Of a stretch of DNA of 64,000 nucleotides, positions 54,923-63,666 are shown in pieces; position 1 is the stretch's first letter; every line of letters starts with the position of its first letter. The stretch is from Sphaerochaeta sp. (GTDB lineage: Bacteria; Spirochaetota; Spirochaetia; Sphaerochaetales; Sphaerochaetaceae): the NCBI GenBank assembly GCA_034007055.1, contig JAVERP010000019.1:398-64397 (forward strand). Direction: 5' to 3'. The position numbers and the translations under genes were made by a program. Below the pieces are notes generated by a model, which saw nothing but the letters and a program-made list of their open reading frames with translations, did not search any database and was not told the origin of the DNA.

Positions 54923-55876
54923 ATGAGTCGAAAAGCAAGAATACACGTCATCGGCAGTTATGCAGTGGGAATGACGATGAATGCAGAACGCTTCCCGAAA
55001 GAGGGGGAGACAGTTCCAGGATATAATTTTAAGCAACTACATGGGGGTAAGGGCTCTAACCAAGCAATTGGTGCAGCTCGATTAGGTGCTGATGTAAAGT
55101 TTACCTCATGCGTAGGACATGATATGCTCGGGGATGCGGCATTGGCCATGCTAGCTCAGGAAGGAATCCGTACAGAATCGGTTTTTCGTTCTTCAACGAC
55201 TAGTACAGGTGTTGGATTCGTCATGGTGGGAGACAGTGGAGAAAATAAAATTCTCATTGGGCTCGGGGCCAACGAAGATCTCACTAGAGAACATATTGAT
55301 GAGGCCTTTGCATCAGGATTCGAAGCTGATATCCTGCTTGTCCAGTTAGAGTCCAATTTGGATTCAATATTATATGCCATGCAACTTGCACAAGCAAAAG
55401 GTATACCGGTAATTTTAAACCCTGCTCCATTTAGGGAGATTCCCAAGGGTTTTGTTGAGCTCGCTACCTATATAGTCCCCAATGAAACGGAAGCGATGAG
55501 CCTGCTCGGCCGAAACGGAACTCCAGAGCAATTATGCCAAGGTCTCCATGAGAAATTTGGTTCGAATGTTGTGCTTACTGCAGGAAAGGATGGAGCATAC
55601 TATCTGGAAAAGGGCAATGGCTTAGAACCCAGCCAGGTTAAAAACCTTAAGGTTCAAACGGTCAAGACCGTCGACACCACAGGTGCCGGAGATTGTTTTA
55701 ACGCTACGTTAGCCGTAGCGCTTGCAGAAGGGAAATCTCTTGGTGAGGCTGTTCATATGGCTAATACATCGGCGACTCTTTCAGTTCAAGTCGAGGGAGT
55801 GGTTGAGTCATTACCAACAAGAGATCGTGTCGAACAGATGCTAAAGTTAGAAAAAAATAATACTGATGAGGTATAG
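54923..55876 (+). CDS. rbsK: Ribokinase
   Basis: 317 aa. GGKGSNQA and DTTGAGDCFN PfkB-family motifs. Confidence 0.9.
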   Translation: MSRKARIHVIGSYAVGMTMNAERFPKEGETVPGYNFKQLHGGKGSNQAIGAARLGADVKFTSCVGHDMLGDAALAMLAQEGIRTESVFRSSTTSTGVGFVMVGDSGENKILIGLGANEDLTREHIDEAFASGFEADILLVQLESNLDSILYAMQLAQAKGIPVILNPAPFREIPKGFVELATYIVPNETEAMSLLGRNGTPEQLCQGLHEKFGSNVVLTAGKDGAYYLEKGNGLEPSQVKNLKVQTVKTVDTTGAGDCFNATLAVALAEGKSLGEAVHMANTSATLSVQVEGVVESLPTRDRVEQMLKLEKNNTDEV

Positions 55877-55879
55877 GAT

Positions 55880-56350
55880 ATGAAGAAGAGTAGAATACTA
55901 AATTCACAGTTGAACAATGCCATCGCTTTGATGGGCCATGGGGATTTCATCATTATTTCAGATGCAGGGCTTCCTATTCCTGATGGGAAACGGGTTGACT
56001 TGGCTATTGAAGCTGATGTGCCTGGAATCGCCGATATTCTCGAATTGATAACCAGCGATTTGATATACGAGCGGGTGATAGTTGCTGAGGAGCAGAAGAG
56101 TTTCAATCCAGAGCACTATAAGCGTGTTGATGAAATTTGTGATCGTTGCGAGGTTGAGACGATTCCCCATGCTCAACTCATTGGGGAGTACCTGGACAAA
56201 GCAAAATTTATTGTGCGTACAGGCGCATTTGAGCCATGGGGTAATGTCATTCTCTGTTCAGGCATCGATGCTCCTACATGGTTCCTCAAGCCTGGGGCAA
56301 AGGTTCCAGACTATTACCAAGAGCGAGTTGACTACAAGGAAGGAGAATAA
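55880..56350 (+). CDS. rbsD: D-ribose pyranase (RbsD/FucU family)
   Basis: 156 aa. MKKSRILNSQLNNAIALMGHGDFIIISDAGLPIP closely parallels the E. coli RbsD N-terminus as I recall it. Confidence 0.85.
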   Translation: MKKSRILNSQLNNAIALMGHGDFIIISDAGLPIPDGKRVDLAIEADVPGIADILELITSDLIYERVIVAEEQKSFNPEHYKRVDEICDRCEVETIPHAQLIGEYLDKAKFIVRTGAFEPWGNVILCSGIDAPTWFLKPGAKVPDYYQERVDYKEGE

Positions 56351-56352
56351 TC

Positions 56353-57039
56353 ATGGATAAGAACAGCAATTTGGCGAAATACATCCAGTTCACAAATGTG
56401 AATCCTGAGATGACAAAGAAAGACCTTATAACACATTGTGAGACAGTGCTAACGTATGGTTTTGATGCAGCGATGATTGCTCCCTGTTGGGCTACGCTAG
56501 CCTTGGATATCCTAAAAGGATCAACAAGCCATGTTGCTTCTTGCTTCTCATTCCCTAGCGGTAACGACACCACCTTGATGAAGGTAGCTATGGCCAAAGA
56601 ATTGATAACCATGGGAGTTAAGGATTTCGACTTTACCAGTCAGACCTCCTATCTGCTTTCTGGAATGTATGATGAGTATCTTGCTGACTTAAAGGCAGTT
56701 GCCCATATTGCACGTCAGGAGGGAGCCCAAACCAAAGTTATAATTGAATTTGGATTACTGAATGCTGAACTAAGAAGAATAGGTGCGGAACTGGCGGTTG
56801 AGGCCGGAATCGATTACTTGAAGCAATCAAGTGGCTTTGTTAATGGAATCCCTGCAATGCCTGTCGATATTGCATTTTTAAAAAACATTGCAGGTGAAAA
56901 GGCTAAGGTAAAAGGCTCGGGCAAGATTAATACGAGGGAGAAGGCCCTAGCTTTGCTAGAGGCTGGTGCCACTCTTTTAGGAACTAGCTCTGCCGTAGCA
57001 ATAGTTACTGGAACTGAAGGTAAGAAAAACGGTTATTAG
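56353..57039 (+). CDS. deoC: Deoxyribose-phosphate aldolase family protein
   Basis: 228 aa. TKVIIEFGLL and GIDYLKQSSGF align with the DeoC KVIIE and FVKTSTGF (Schiff-base lysine) blocks. Confidence 0.75.
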   Translation: MDKNSNLAKYIQFTNVNPEMTKKDLITHCETVLTYGFDAAMIAPCWATLALDILKGSTSHVASCFSFPSGNDTTLMKVAMAKELITMGVKDFDFTSQTSYLLSGMYDEYLADLKAVAHIARQEGAQTKVIIEFGLLNAELRRIGAELAVEAGIDYLKQSSGFVNGIPAMPVDIAFLKNIAGEKAKVKGSGKINTREKALALLEAGATLLGTSSAVAIVTGTEGKKNGY

Positions 57040-57133
57040 AATCAAATGAAGTCGAAGGAGCCCGGTCGTTTTACGATCGGTTCTTCTCCAGGCTAATGGC
57101 GCAGCAGATCGTTGCGTTGCACAAGGAGGTGGT

Positions 57134-58159
57134 ATGTCTTCAAGGGATCATATAAAGAATATTATTGGGAAGAAAGCTGTAGATCATTGCGGGTTCTGGT
57201 TGGGGAAACCTCATCCTGAGACGATTGATATACTAAACGCCACCTTGGGTACATCGTCTCTCGAGGAGATCCAAAATCGTTTCAACGATGACATGCGATG
57301 GATTACACCGCAGTATTTTAAGACGACGTACATGCATCCTGAGGGTCTTGCCATGCGGCCCTGGAAGGAAAAAAACCCTCATGGCTTATCAGGGCAGGGG
57401 ATGCTCGATTATGATTCGACCATTTCCGATCTTGATTCTATCAATTTTCCAGATGTTGCATATCTTGACTTCTCCGAAATAATGGAGGAGTTGGAAAAGC
57501 CCCATGAAACCTATCGGCTTAGCGGGTTCTGGTGTCCTTTTTTCCATGATCTTTCCTACCTGTTCGGCACCGAAGAGTTGTTGGTTTTTATGCTTACTGA
57601 TCCTGATATCGTGCGGGAGGCTAACGACCGAATTTGTAACTTTTATTACGAAGCAAACGAATTGTTCTTTCAATCCGCTGCTGATAAAATTGATGCTTTG
57701 TTTATAGGCAATGACTTCGGTACTCAGAATGCACTCATGATTTCACCTCAGTTATTCCGAGAGTTTTATTTGCCATGGATTAAGAAGTTCGCAGAACAAG
57801 CTCATCGGTATGGATTGCAATTCGTGATGCATAGCTGCGGTAGCATTGTAGATATTATTGACGATCTGGTGGAGGCGGGTGTGGATTGTCTCCATCCCAT
57901 GCAAACCACTGCAAAAGGGATGAGTCCCGAATCGCTAGCTGAACGGTATCTCGGCAAGATGACTTTCATGGGGGGTATCGATACCCAGGATCTTTTGCTC
58001 AATGGCACCGTTACCGATGTTGATAGGGAGATTGGGAGACTGTTTAGCTCTTTCGGTAATGGATTCATCTTAGGTCCAAGTCATGAGGCTCTGCTTCCTA
58101 CCGTAAATATCGATAATGTAATTCGTTTAGCGACACACCGTCGAAGTGTCTCTGACTGA
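57134..58159 (+). CDS. Uroporphyrinogen-decarboxylase (URO-D) family protein
   Basis: 341 aa. SD AAGGAGG. C-terminal HSCGSIVDIIDDLVEAGVDCLHPMQ resembles URO-D/MtaA-family proteins. Function in a sugar operon is unknown. Confidence 0.65.
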   Translation: MSSRDHIKNIIGKKAVDHCGFWLGKPHPETIDILNATLGTSSLEEIQNRFNDDMRWITPQYFKTTYMHPEGLAMRPWKEKNPHGLSGQGMLDYDSTISDLDSINFPDVAYLDFSEIMEELEKPHETYRLSGFWCPFFHDLSYLFGTEELLVFMLTDPDIVREANDRICNFYYEANELFFQSAADKIDALFIGNDFGTQNALMISPQLFREFYLPWIKKFAEQAHRYGLQFVMHSCGSIVDIIDDLVEAGVDCLHPMQTTAKGMSPESLAERYLGKMTFMGGIDTQDLLLNGTVTDVDREIGRLFSSFGNGFILGPSHEALLPTVNIDNVIRLATHRRSVSD

Positions 58160-58219
58160 TAGAGTTAGATGTAGCAAAATCCCAGCTATCTCTAAACCAT
58201 ATCACATTATACCAAAGAA

Positions 58220-58251
58220 GAACCAGGGACATCCTGTGATGACCCTGGTTC
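58220..58251 (-). terminator. Stem-loop terminator after pspC copy 2 (between convergent genes)
   Basis: GAACCAGGG-14 nt-CCCTGGTTC (9-bp stem). On the minus strand it is followed by TTCTTTGGT. Confidence 0.45.
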
Positions 58252-58335
58252 TGATCGCTGTACATTGCTGTCCCTATGATTGGATATGGTGCCCTATGGT
58301 GTTTGGACTCTCACGTCAAAACTTGTTTTGCTCTC

Positions 58336-58539
58336 TTATCTTCCGGGCATCAGTATCGCCGCTCCCAGGTAAGCAAGCCCTATGGGGACAAACCCCACCT
58401 TGAATAAGAGGATGACCGCTACAATGCGTAGGGCAATGGCTGGAAGCCCTGACCAGTTTGCCAGCCCTTCCATGACCCCCAACACATAGCCGGTGTGCTC
58501 CCTGTAGAGCTTGCGGGTCTCTTGGCGTGGATATTCCAT
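58336..58539 (-). CDS. pspC: PspC-domain protein, copy 2
   Basis: 67 aa. KLYREHTGYVLGVMEGLANWSGLPAIALRIVAVILL is a PspC domain. ATG overlaps the pspA stop (TAATG). Confidence 0.8.
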   Translation of the reverse strand: MEYPRQETRKLYREHTGYVLGVMEGLANWSGLPAIALRIVAVILLFKVGFVPIGLAYLGAAILMPGR

Positions 58540-59204
58540 TACTTCTTCTCCTTCATGGACTCTTTCAGCAAAGCAAGCTCATTTTCGATGGCCTGGTCGG
58601 TCTCCATTTTGCTGAACTCATCGCTGCTGGAAGGTTTGCCATGGTAGCCTGCCATCTCGGCATCAGCTTCCATGCGCTCGATCTTGCTTTCCAAGTCACT
58701 GAACTTGCGGGCAAGGTCGGTGCTGTCGCTGCTCTGCAGCGTCCGGGCTACCTGCTTCTTCTCTTTGGCGGAGGTAGCACGCTGGACTAGGATCTTTTGC
58801 TTGTCCTTCACTTCCTTGAGTTTGTCAGCTATCTGGGCGAGCTGCACTTCCTGGCTTGTCAGGATGCTTTCCAGGTTGAGTAGCTGCTCATCAATGAGGC
58901 GTATTCTCTCATTGCAACCCTTCTTCTCTGAGAGGGCTTCCCTTGCAAGGTCTTCACGCTTGTTGGTGATGGCAAGCCTTGCCCTCTCTTCCCAGCGCTC
59001 GATGGCCTTGGTAAGCTCTGCCTTTTCGTTGGTCAGGCTTACTTTTTCTGCCTTGCGTGCAGCTGCTGAAGAGCGAGCCTTGCTCAGGGTGTCCTGCAGT
59101 TCGGTTATCATGAGGTTGATCATCTTTGCGGGGTCTTCGATCCTGTCGAGGGCACTATTTACATTCGAATTGAAGATGTCTGCGATTCTTTTAAAAACAT
59201 TCAT
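58539..59204 (-). CDS. pspA: Phage shock protein A (PspA/IM30 family), copy 2
   Basis: 221 aa from ATG 59204 (SD AGGAG). MNVFKRIADIFNSNVNSALDRIEDPAKMINLMITELQDTL. Confidence 0.92.
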   Translation of the reverse strand: MNVFKRIADIFNSNVNSALDRIEDPAKMINLMITELQDTLSKARSSAAARKAEKVSLTNEKAELTKAIERWEERARLAITNKREDLAREALSEKKGCNERIRLIDEQLLNLESILTSQEVQLAQIADKLKEVKDKQKILVQRATSAKEKKQVARTLQSSDSTDLARKFSDLESKIERMEADAEMAGYHGKPSSSDEFSKMETDQAIENELALLKESMKEKK

Positions 59205-59255
59205 TACGGTCTCCTCTTGCCACTTGGTGGCTCTGTGTTGGTACGCTAATACCAA

Positions 59256-59271
59256 TGCATAAGGCGTGCCA
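59256..59271 (-). promoter_or_regulatory. Sigma-54 promoter of pspA copy 2
   Basis: Minus strand reads TGGCACGCCTTATGCA with consensus spacing. The predicted start is ~41 nt upstream of the ATG. Confidence 0.7.
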
Positions 59272-59354
59272 ACTTTTCAAAACAGGCATTTAAACGTGCT
59301 AATTGGAGGTTTCATCCTAATAAACACCTGGGAAACATAAGGACTTTATATTAT

Positions 59355-59369
59355 TGGTAAAAAATACCA
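59355..59369. promoter_or_regulatory. Candidate PspF upstream activating site
   Basis: TGGTAAAAAATACCA (TGGT-N7-ACCA), 85-100 bp upstream of the -24 element. Same half-sites as 48638..48652. Confidence 0.35.
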
Positions 59370-59706
59370 GCTGTTATGGATGAATTAACCACTTCTGTTG
59401 AAGCTCAGATCCTTATCACCTATTTCTCATCCTTTTCAAAAAGTATCTCAGCAACTATAGGTACGCAGAAAGTCATCATGGGATACAGGCCCATATGCCT
59501 CTCTGATCAGGACATAGGTGATTGCACACTGCCTGAGCATTACGTGAAGAGGGTTATGGATTCCTCCCTGTTGGTGGTAAGCTCAGTGTGCTGCACTTTG
59601 ATGTGGTTTTAGCAGGAAGGAATTTTTCTCTATATCAGCATATGTACTTGTCCTATATTTAGTAGTATCGTTTCGCCAGATTCCACATAGTACAAGGATA
59701 GTATGC

Positions 59707-60051
59707 ATGAACCAGGATGAGTTGAGTCTTCAGAGATTGCAAGGACAACATCAGGAGCTTGCCAATAGGATTGCCGGTATCGGCTTCATATGGCCGGGGA
59801 GCATCCAGTGGCGCTTCAAAGTGTGTGGAAAACCAAACTGCGCATGTAGTAAGGATCCCGCCTCACGTCACGGCCCGTATCCGTATTGGACGACCAAGGT
59901 GAATGGCAAGACTGTGAACAAGCGCCTCGGCCCTGATGAGGTGATCCTTATCGAAGAATGGATCAGCAACCGCAAGGAGATTGAGGCTATCATGGCTGAA
60001 ATGAAGATTGTTTCAGATCAGGCGCTTGCAATTGCAACAAAGTGCAAATGA
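59707..60051 (+). CDS. DUF6788-like zinc-ribbon protein (paralogue B)
   Basis: 114 aa. Core GFIWPGSIQWRFKVCGKPNCACSKDPASRHGPYPYWTTKVNGKTVNK. Paralogue of 27744..28106. Confidence 0.7.
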   Translation: MNQDELSLQRLQGQHQELANRIAGIGFIWPGSIQWRFKVCGKPNCACSKDPASRHGPYPYWTTKVNGKTVNKRLGPDEVILIEEWISNRKEIEAIMAEMKIVSDQALAIATKCK

Positions 60052-60098
60052 GTGAGCCCTTCTTGTCCCCCAGTCCTTAACTGTGTAAACTGGCCCTC

Positions 60099-60806
60099 AT
60101 GAGCACCCTATATATGGTAGCCACCCCCATAGGAAACCTTGATGACATCACCTACCGTGCAGTGGAGACACTGAAGAGCGTTGATGTCATCGCCTGTGAG
60201 GATACCCGGCACACACAGACCCTGCTGCAAAAGTACGACATCCAGAAACGCCTCATCGCGTGCCATGCACACAACGAGAGCAACTCCGCCCAGGGCATTG
60301 TTGCTCTGATGGAAGCAGGCAACAACATCGCCTTTGTCAGCGATGCCGGCACCCCGGGCATTAGCGATCCGGGGCTGCGCGTGGTCAAGGCTGTGCGGGA
60401 AGCAGGCTTTGCCGTGGTCCCTATCCCCGGCCCTTCAGCTGTCGCCACCCTGATAAGTGTTGCTGGGTATGTGGGCAAGAGCTTTACCTTTGAAGGCTTT
60501 CTCTCCCCCCGCAAGGGAAGAAGGACCAAAAGATTGATTGAGCTGCTTGGACGCAATGAGGCCTTCGTCATCTATGAGTCCCCCTTTCGCATCGTCAAGA
60601 CACTCGATGAGTTGGCCCTCCTTGATCCTTTGCGCCAGGTGGTGGTGGGACGGGAGATGACCAAGAAGTTTGAGGAGTTCCTGACAGGGACCGCGAGTGA
60701 GGTCTCGGCGACACTCTCTTCACGGCAGGCTATAAAGGGGGAGTTTGCCCTCTGCGTAGCCCCTATTGAGGCATCAGAAGCCGATGATAACGATAGCGAA
60801 GCTTAG
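60099..60806 (+). CDS. rsmI: 16S rRNA (cytidine1402-2'-O)-methyltransferase RsmI
   Basis: 235 aa. LYMVATPIGNLDDITYRAVETLKSVDVIACEDTRHT is the canonical RsmI N-terminus. Confidence 0.92.
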   Translation: MSTLYMVATPIGNLDDITYRAVETLKSVDVIACEDTRHTQTLLQKYDIQKRLIACHAHNESNSAQGIVALMEAGNNIAFVSDAGTPGISDPGLRVVKAVREAGFAVVPIPGPSAVATLISVAGYVGKSFTFEGFLSPRKGRRTKRLIELLGRNEAFVIYESPFRIVKTLDELALLDPLRQVVVGREMTKKFEEFLTGTASEVSATLSSRQAIKGEFALCVAPIEASEADDNDSEA

Positions 60807-61593
60807 GACGCTGAAGGATCGCACCTGCGTTCGCAAGTGCGCCTCCCTCTTTCATGAGCAGGCACAGCTCATCTTGCAGGGCAATGAGCCTGACCATGCC
60901 TATATAGCAGGTCTTTGCTCGCTGTTCTCTTCTGCTCAGTTCTTTTCAGTATTGGATGACGGGCAAAGTCTTGCCCTGCATGCCTTGTCCAGTTCCCTAT
61001 CCTCTGCATCCAGGGCATCGCTTCCCTTTATCCTGGAAGACCTGCACCACGCTTTGTTGTCTGCACTGGGAAGCGAACCCTCGGACTGGGACTTCGTTGA
61101 CAGGGAAGGGGCTTTGGATGCATCGCTGCGCGTGGTGCTTCCTCACACTCTCATACTCGATCGTTTGCGTTCGCCGTTCAATGTGGGATCGATCTTCCGC
61201 AGTGCCGACTCATTTGGTATCGAGCAGATATGGCTGGTGGAGGGGACAGCTTCTCCTACCCACCCCCGCTCTATCAAATCGGCTCGGGGGTGTGTGGATA
61301 CAGTAGAGTATCACTATTTTTCTGAATCGGCTCTCATTGAGAAGATTGCAGATGAGTCCATCTCTCTGTTCGCCCTTGAACTGGGCGGCTCTGATCTGGA
61401 AAGCTTTCCCTTTCCCCCCTCTGGGGCTGCCGTCATAGGAAGCGAGGAGATGGGGGTGAGCCCCCACCTGCTCGCTCTGTGCGACAGCAGCCTTGGAAGG
61501 GTCTCCATCGGCCTAGGTGGGACCAAGGGCTCCCTGAATGTATCGGTTGCCACCGGCATCATGCTGCAAAGATGGTATGCTACGCCCTGCTAG
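60784..61593 (+). CDS. TrmH/SpoU-family RNA 2'-O-methyltransferase
   Basis: About 269 aa from ATG 60784 (the track starts at TTG 60766). SPFNVGSIFRSADSFG and the C-terminal SLNVSVATGIML motifs fit the SPOUT fold. Confidence 0.8.
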   Translation: MITIAKLRTLKDRTCVRKCASLFHEQAQLILQGNEPDHAYIAGLCSLFSSAQFFSVLDDGQSLALHALSSSLSSASRASLPFILEDLHHALLSALGSEPSDWDFVDREGALDASLRVVLPHTLILDRLRSPFNVGSIFRSADSFGIEQIWLVEGTASPTHPRSIKSARGCVDTVEYHYFSESALIEKIADESISLFALELGGSDLESFPFPPSGAAVIGSEEMGVSPHLLALCDSSLGRVSIGLGGTKGSLNVSVATGIMLQRWYATPC

Positions 61594-63643
61594 AGATGAC
61601 CGCTTGGTACATCTTCCTCAGCCTGTCCTCGATCTCGAAGTTGAAGTTCCCCGCACTATAGTTGCCCTTGGCATTGCGTACCCCGAAAGGACGCCCTGTC
61701 AGGATGCGCATCCCCTCATCGATGGTGGTGATGGGATAGATATGGAACTTCTTCTCCTTGATGGCCTCAAGGACCTCATAGGAGATTATCAGGTTGCGCA
61801 AGTTCTGCACTGGGATGATGACCCCCTGCTTGCCGGTAAGGCCGGTGGTGAGGCAGGTTCGGTAGAACCCCTCGATCTTCTCGTTTATCCCGCCCACTGG
61901 CTGGATCATGCCCATCTGGTTGACCGAACCGGTGACTGCGATGTCCTGGCGAACAGGAAGCTCGCCTATGGCCGAAAGCAGGGCATACAGCTCCGAGGAT
62001 GAGGCACTGTCCCCATCGACCTCCGCATAGGACTGCTCAAAGGCGATGCCTGCATAGATGGAGAGGGGGAAGGTCCTTGCATAATGCTTGCGCAGATACC
62101 CCTCCAGGATAAGCAGCCCCTTGTCGTGTATCTCGCCGCTGAGGCCGGCTTCATGCTCAATGTTGACAATGCCCTCACTGCCTGGGGCCACACTGGCTGT
62201 GATGACCGTCGGGGTACCGAAGGAAGAGGCACCCCTGTCCATGATCGCAAGGCCGTTGACCACCCCGACCTTGGAGCCAGTCAGGCTTATGAGCATCTCG
62301 CCGTTGAGGATCTCCTCATTGATGCGCAGCTCGGTGATATTGCTGAAGTAGTCGCGTTCCTCGTTTGCCTTGAGGACAAGGCTCCTGTCGATGACCTCTT
62401 GCCCTGCCTCCTCCGCCCAGTAGTTGGCCTCGATGATGAGGTCATAGAGTTGGGAGAACTGGGTGGTGAGCTCTGTTCGTGACTCTGCATACCAAGCGCT
62501 GTAGCGCAGTATCTGAGCCAAGGCTGAGTTGTCCAGTGGCCTGCAGTTGTTCTTGGCTGCGAAATCGATGAGGTTGGCTATGGTCTTGGCAATGTGATCC
62601 TTGTCTGAGGGCATGGCAAAGTCAAACTGGGAAGAGACCTTGAAAAGAATCAGGAACCTCTCATCATGCTCTGTCAGGGCATCGAAGGTGTCCTCATTTC
62701 CCATAAGGATGACCTTTACCGGTATCTTGGTCATCTGCGGCCTGATCTGGCCCTTGCGCAACTCTCCCTTGACCAGGAGGTTTGCCTGCAGGGCAAGAGC
62801 CGATGCATCGAGATACCGCTTCAGGGAGTCCCAAAGGCCCTCCTCGGAGAGCAGCTCCTCAGCGTTTACGACAATGAAGCCCCCCTCTGCCTCGAGCAGG
62901 GAGCCTGCATGGAGGCCCAGGTGGGCAAACTCCTGTTTGTCGTCCAGGGTTCCGAAGAGGTTGGAGAAGGTGGGGTAGTTCTCGATGACCAGAGGTCTTT
63001 TGTCTGTCTTGCTATGGTTTACCAGGAGGTTTACCCGATACTTGCGGGCAAAGGGGTCCTTCTTCAGCTGCTCGTCGGAGAGGTTCTGGATATGGGAAGC
63101 CTGCCGCCTGAGGTCGGAGAGGATGTGGTTGAACTGCACCGACAGGGTGGGGGTGCTGAACTCCGTTTGAAGACCCTTCAGCAAACTTGTTGCCTTCTCC
63201 AGGAAGGTCGTGCGATCCTGGGCCAGGATCGCTATCTTCTGGCTGAACAGCTCCATCGCATCGGAGAATCTCTGCCCCTCCTTGGGGGGGAAGGTGAGGG
63301 CAAGCGGGGAGTCCGGCTGGAGGAAGTTGTATGCATAGACGATGTCCTGCAAGATGGAGATGTCAGACCTGAACCTCTCGACACTCGCCTTGATGGCAGC
63401 GAGCCTGCCGCTGCCTGAGTTGCCGCTGACAAAGAGGTTGTACCCTCCCTTTTGTATGGCAAGACCCATCTCTAGGGAGCGCAACGCCCTCGGCTGGCCC
63501 ACGATAGAGGGTTCCATGGCAAGGTTCCTGCACTCCTGGATAAGCTCCTCTGTAAAATCAAAAGCAGCTTCCTCGTAGGGAAGCCTCTGTATCTTCGTTA
63601 CTTTTTCAACCATGGCCAAACTATAGGAGGTGGAACAAATCAA
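61580..63643 (-). CDS. Lon-like protease (AAA-like N-domain + Lon_C Ser-Lys protease domain)
   Basis: 677-687 aa. C-terminal VDGDSASSSE (Ser) and VGGINEKIEG (Lys) match the Lon proteolytic dyad context. The N-terminal P-loop is degenerate (GNSGSGRL). Start uncertain: TTG 63643 (track) or ATG 63613. Confidence 0.8.
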   Translation of the reverse strand: MICSTSYSLAMVEKVTKIQRLPYEEAAFDFTEELIQECRNLAMEPSIVGQPRALRSLEMGLAIQKGGYNLFVSGNSGSGRLAAIKASVERFRSDISILQDIVYAYNFLQPDSPLALTFPPKEGQRFSDAMELFSQKIAILAQDRTTFLEKATSLLKGLQTEFSTPTLSVQFNHILSDLRRQASHIQNLSDEQLKKDPFARKYRVNLLVNHSKTDKRPLVIENYPTFSNLFGTLDDKQEFAHLGLHAGSLLEAEGGFIVVNAEELLSEEGLWDSLKRYLDASALALQANLLVKGELRKGQIRPQMTKIPVKVILMGNEDTFDALTEHDERFLILFKVSSQFDFAMPSDKDHIAKTIANLIDFAAKNNCRPLDNSALAQILRYSAWYAESRTELTTQFSQLYDLIIEANYWAEEAGQEVIDRSLVLKANEERDYFSNITELRINEEILNGEMLISLTGSKVGVVNGLAIMDRGASSFGTPTVITASVAPGSEGIVNIEHEAGLSGEIHDKGLLILEGYLRKHYARTFPLSIYAGIAFEQSYAEVDGDSASSSELYALLSAIGELPVRQDIAVTGSVNQMGMIQPVGGINEKIEGFYRTCLTTGLTGKQGVIIPVQNLRNLIISYEVLEAIKEKKFHIYPITTIDEGMRILTGRPFGVRNAKGNYSAGNFNFEIEDRLRKMYQAVISSRA

Positions 63644-63666
63644 GTCAACTCTCTATACTATGGCCC

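Noticed and set aside
59376-59612. 78-aa plus-strand ORF between pspA-2 and DUF6788-B.
   Set aside because: It has no RBS, an odd Cys/Ser-rich composition, and it begins inside the putative pspA-2 upstream activating region.
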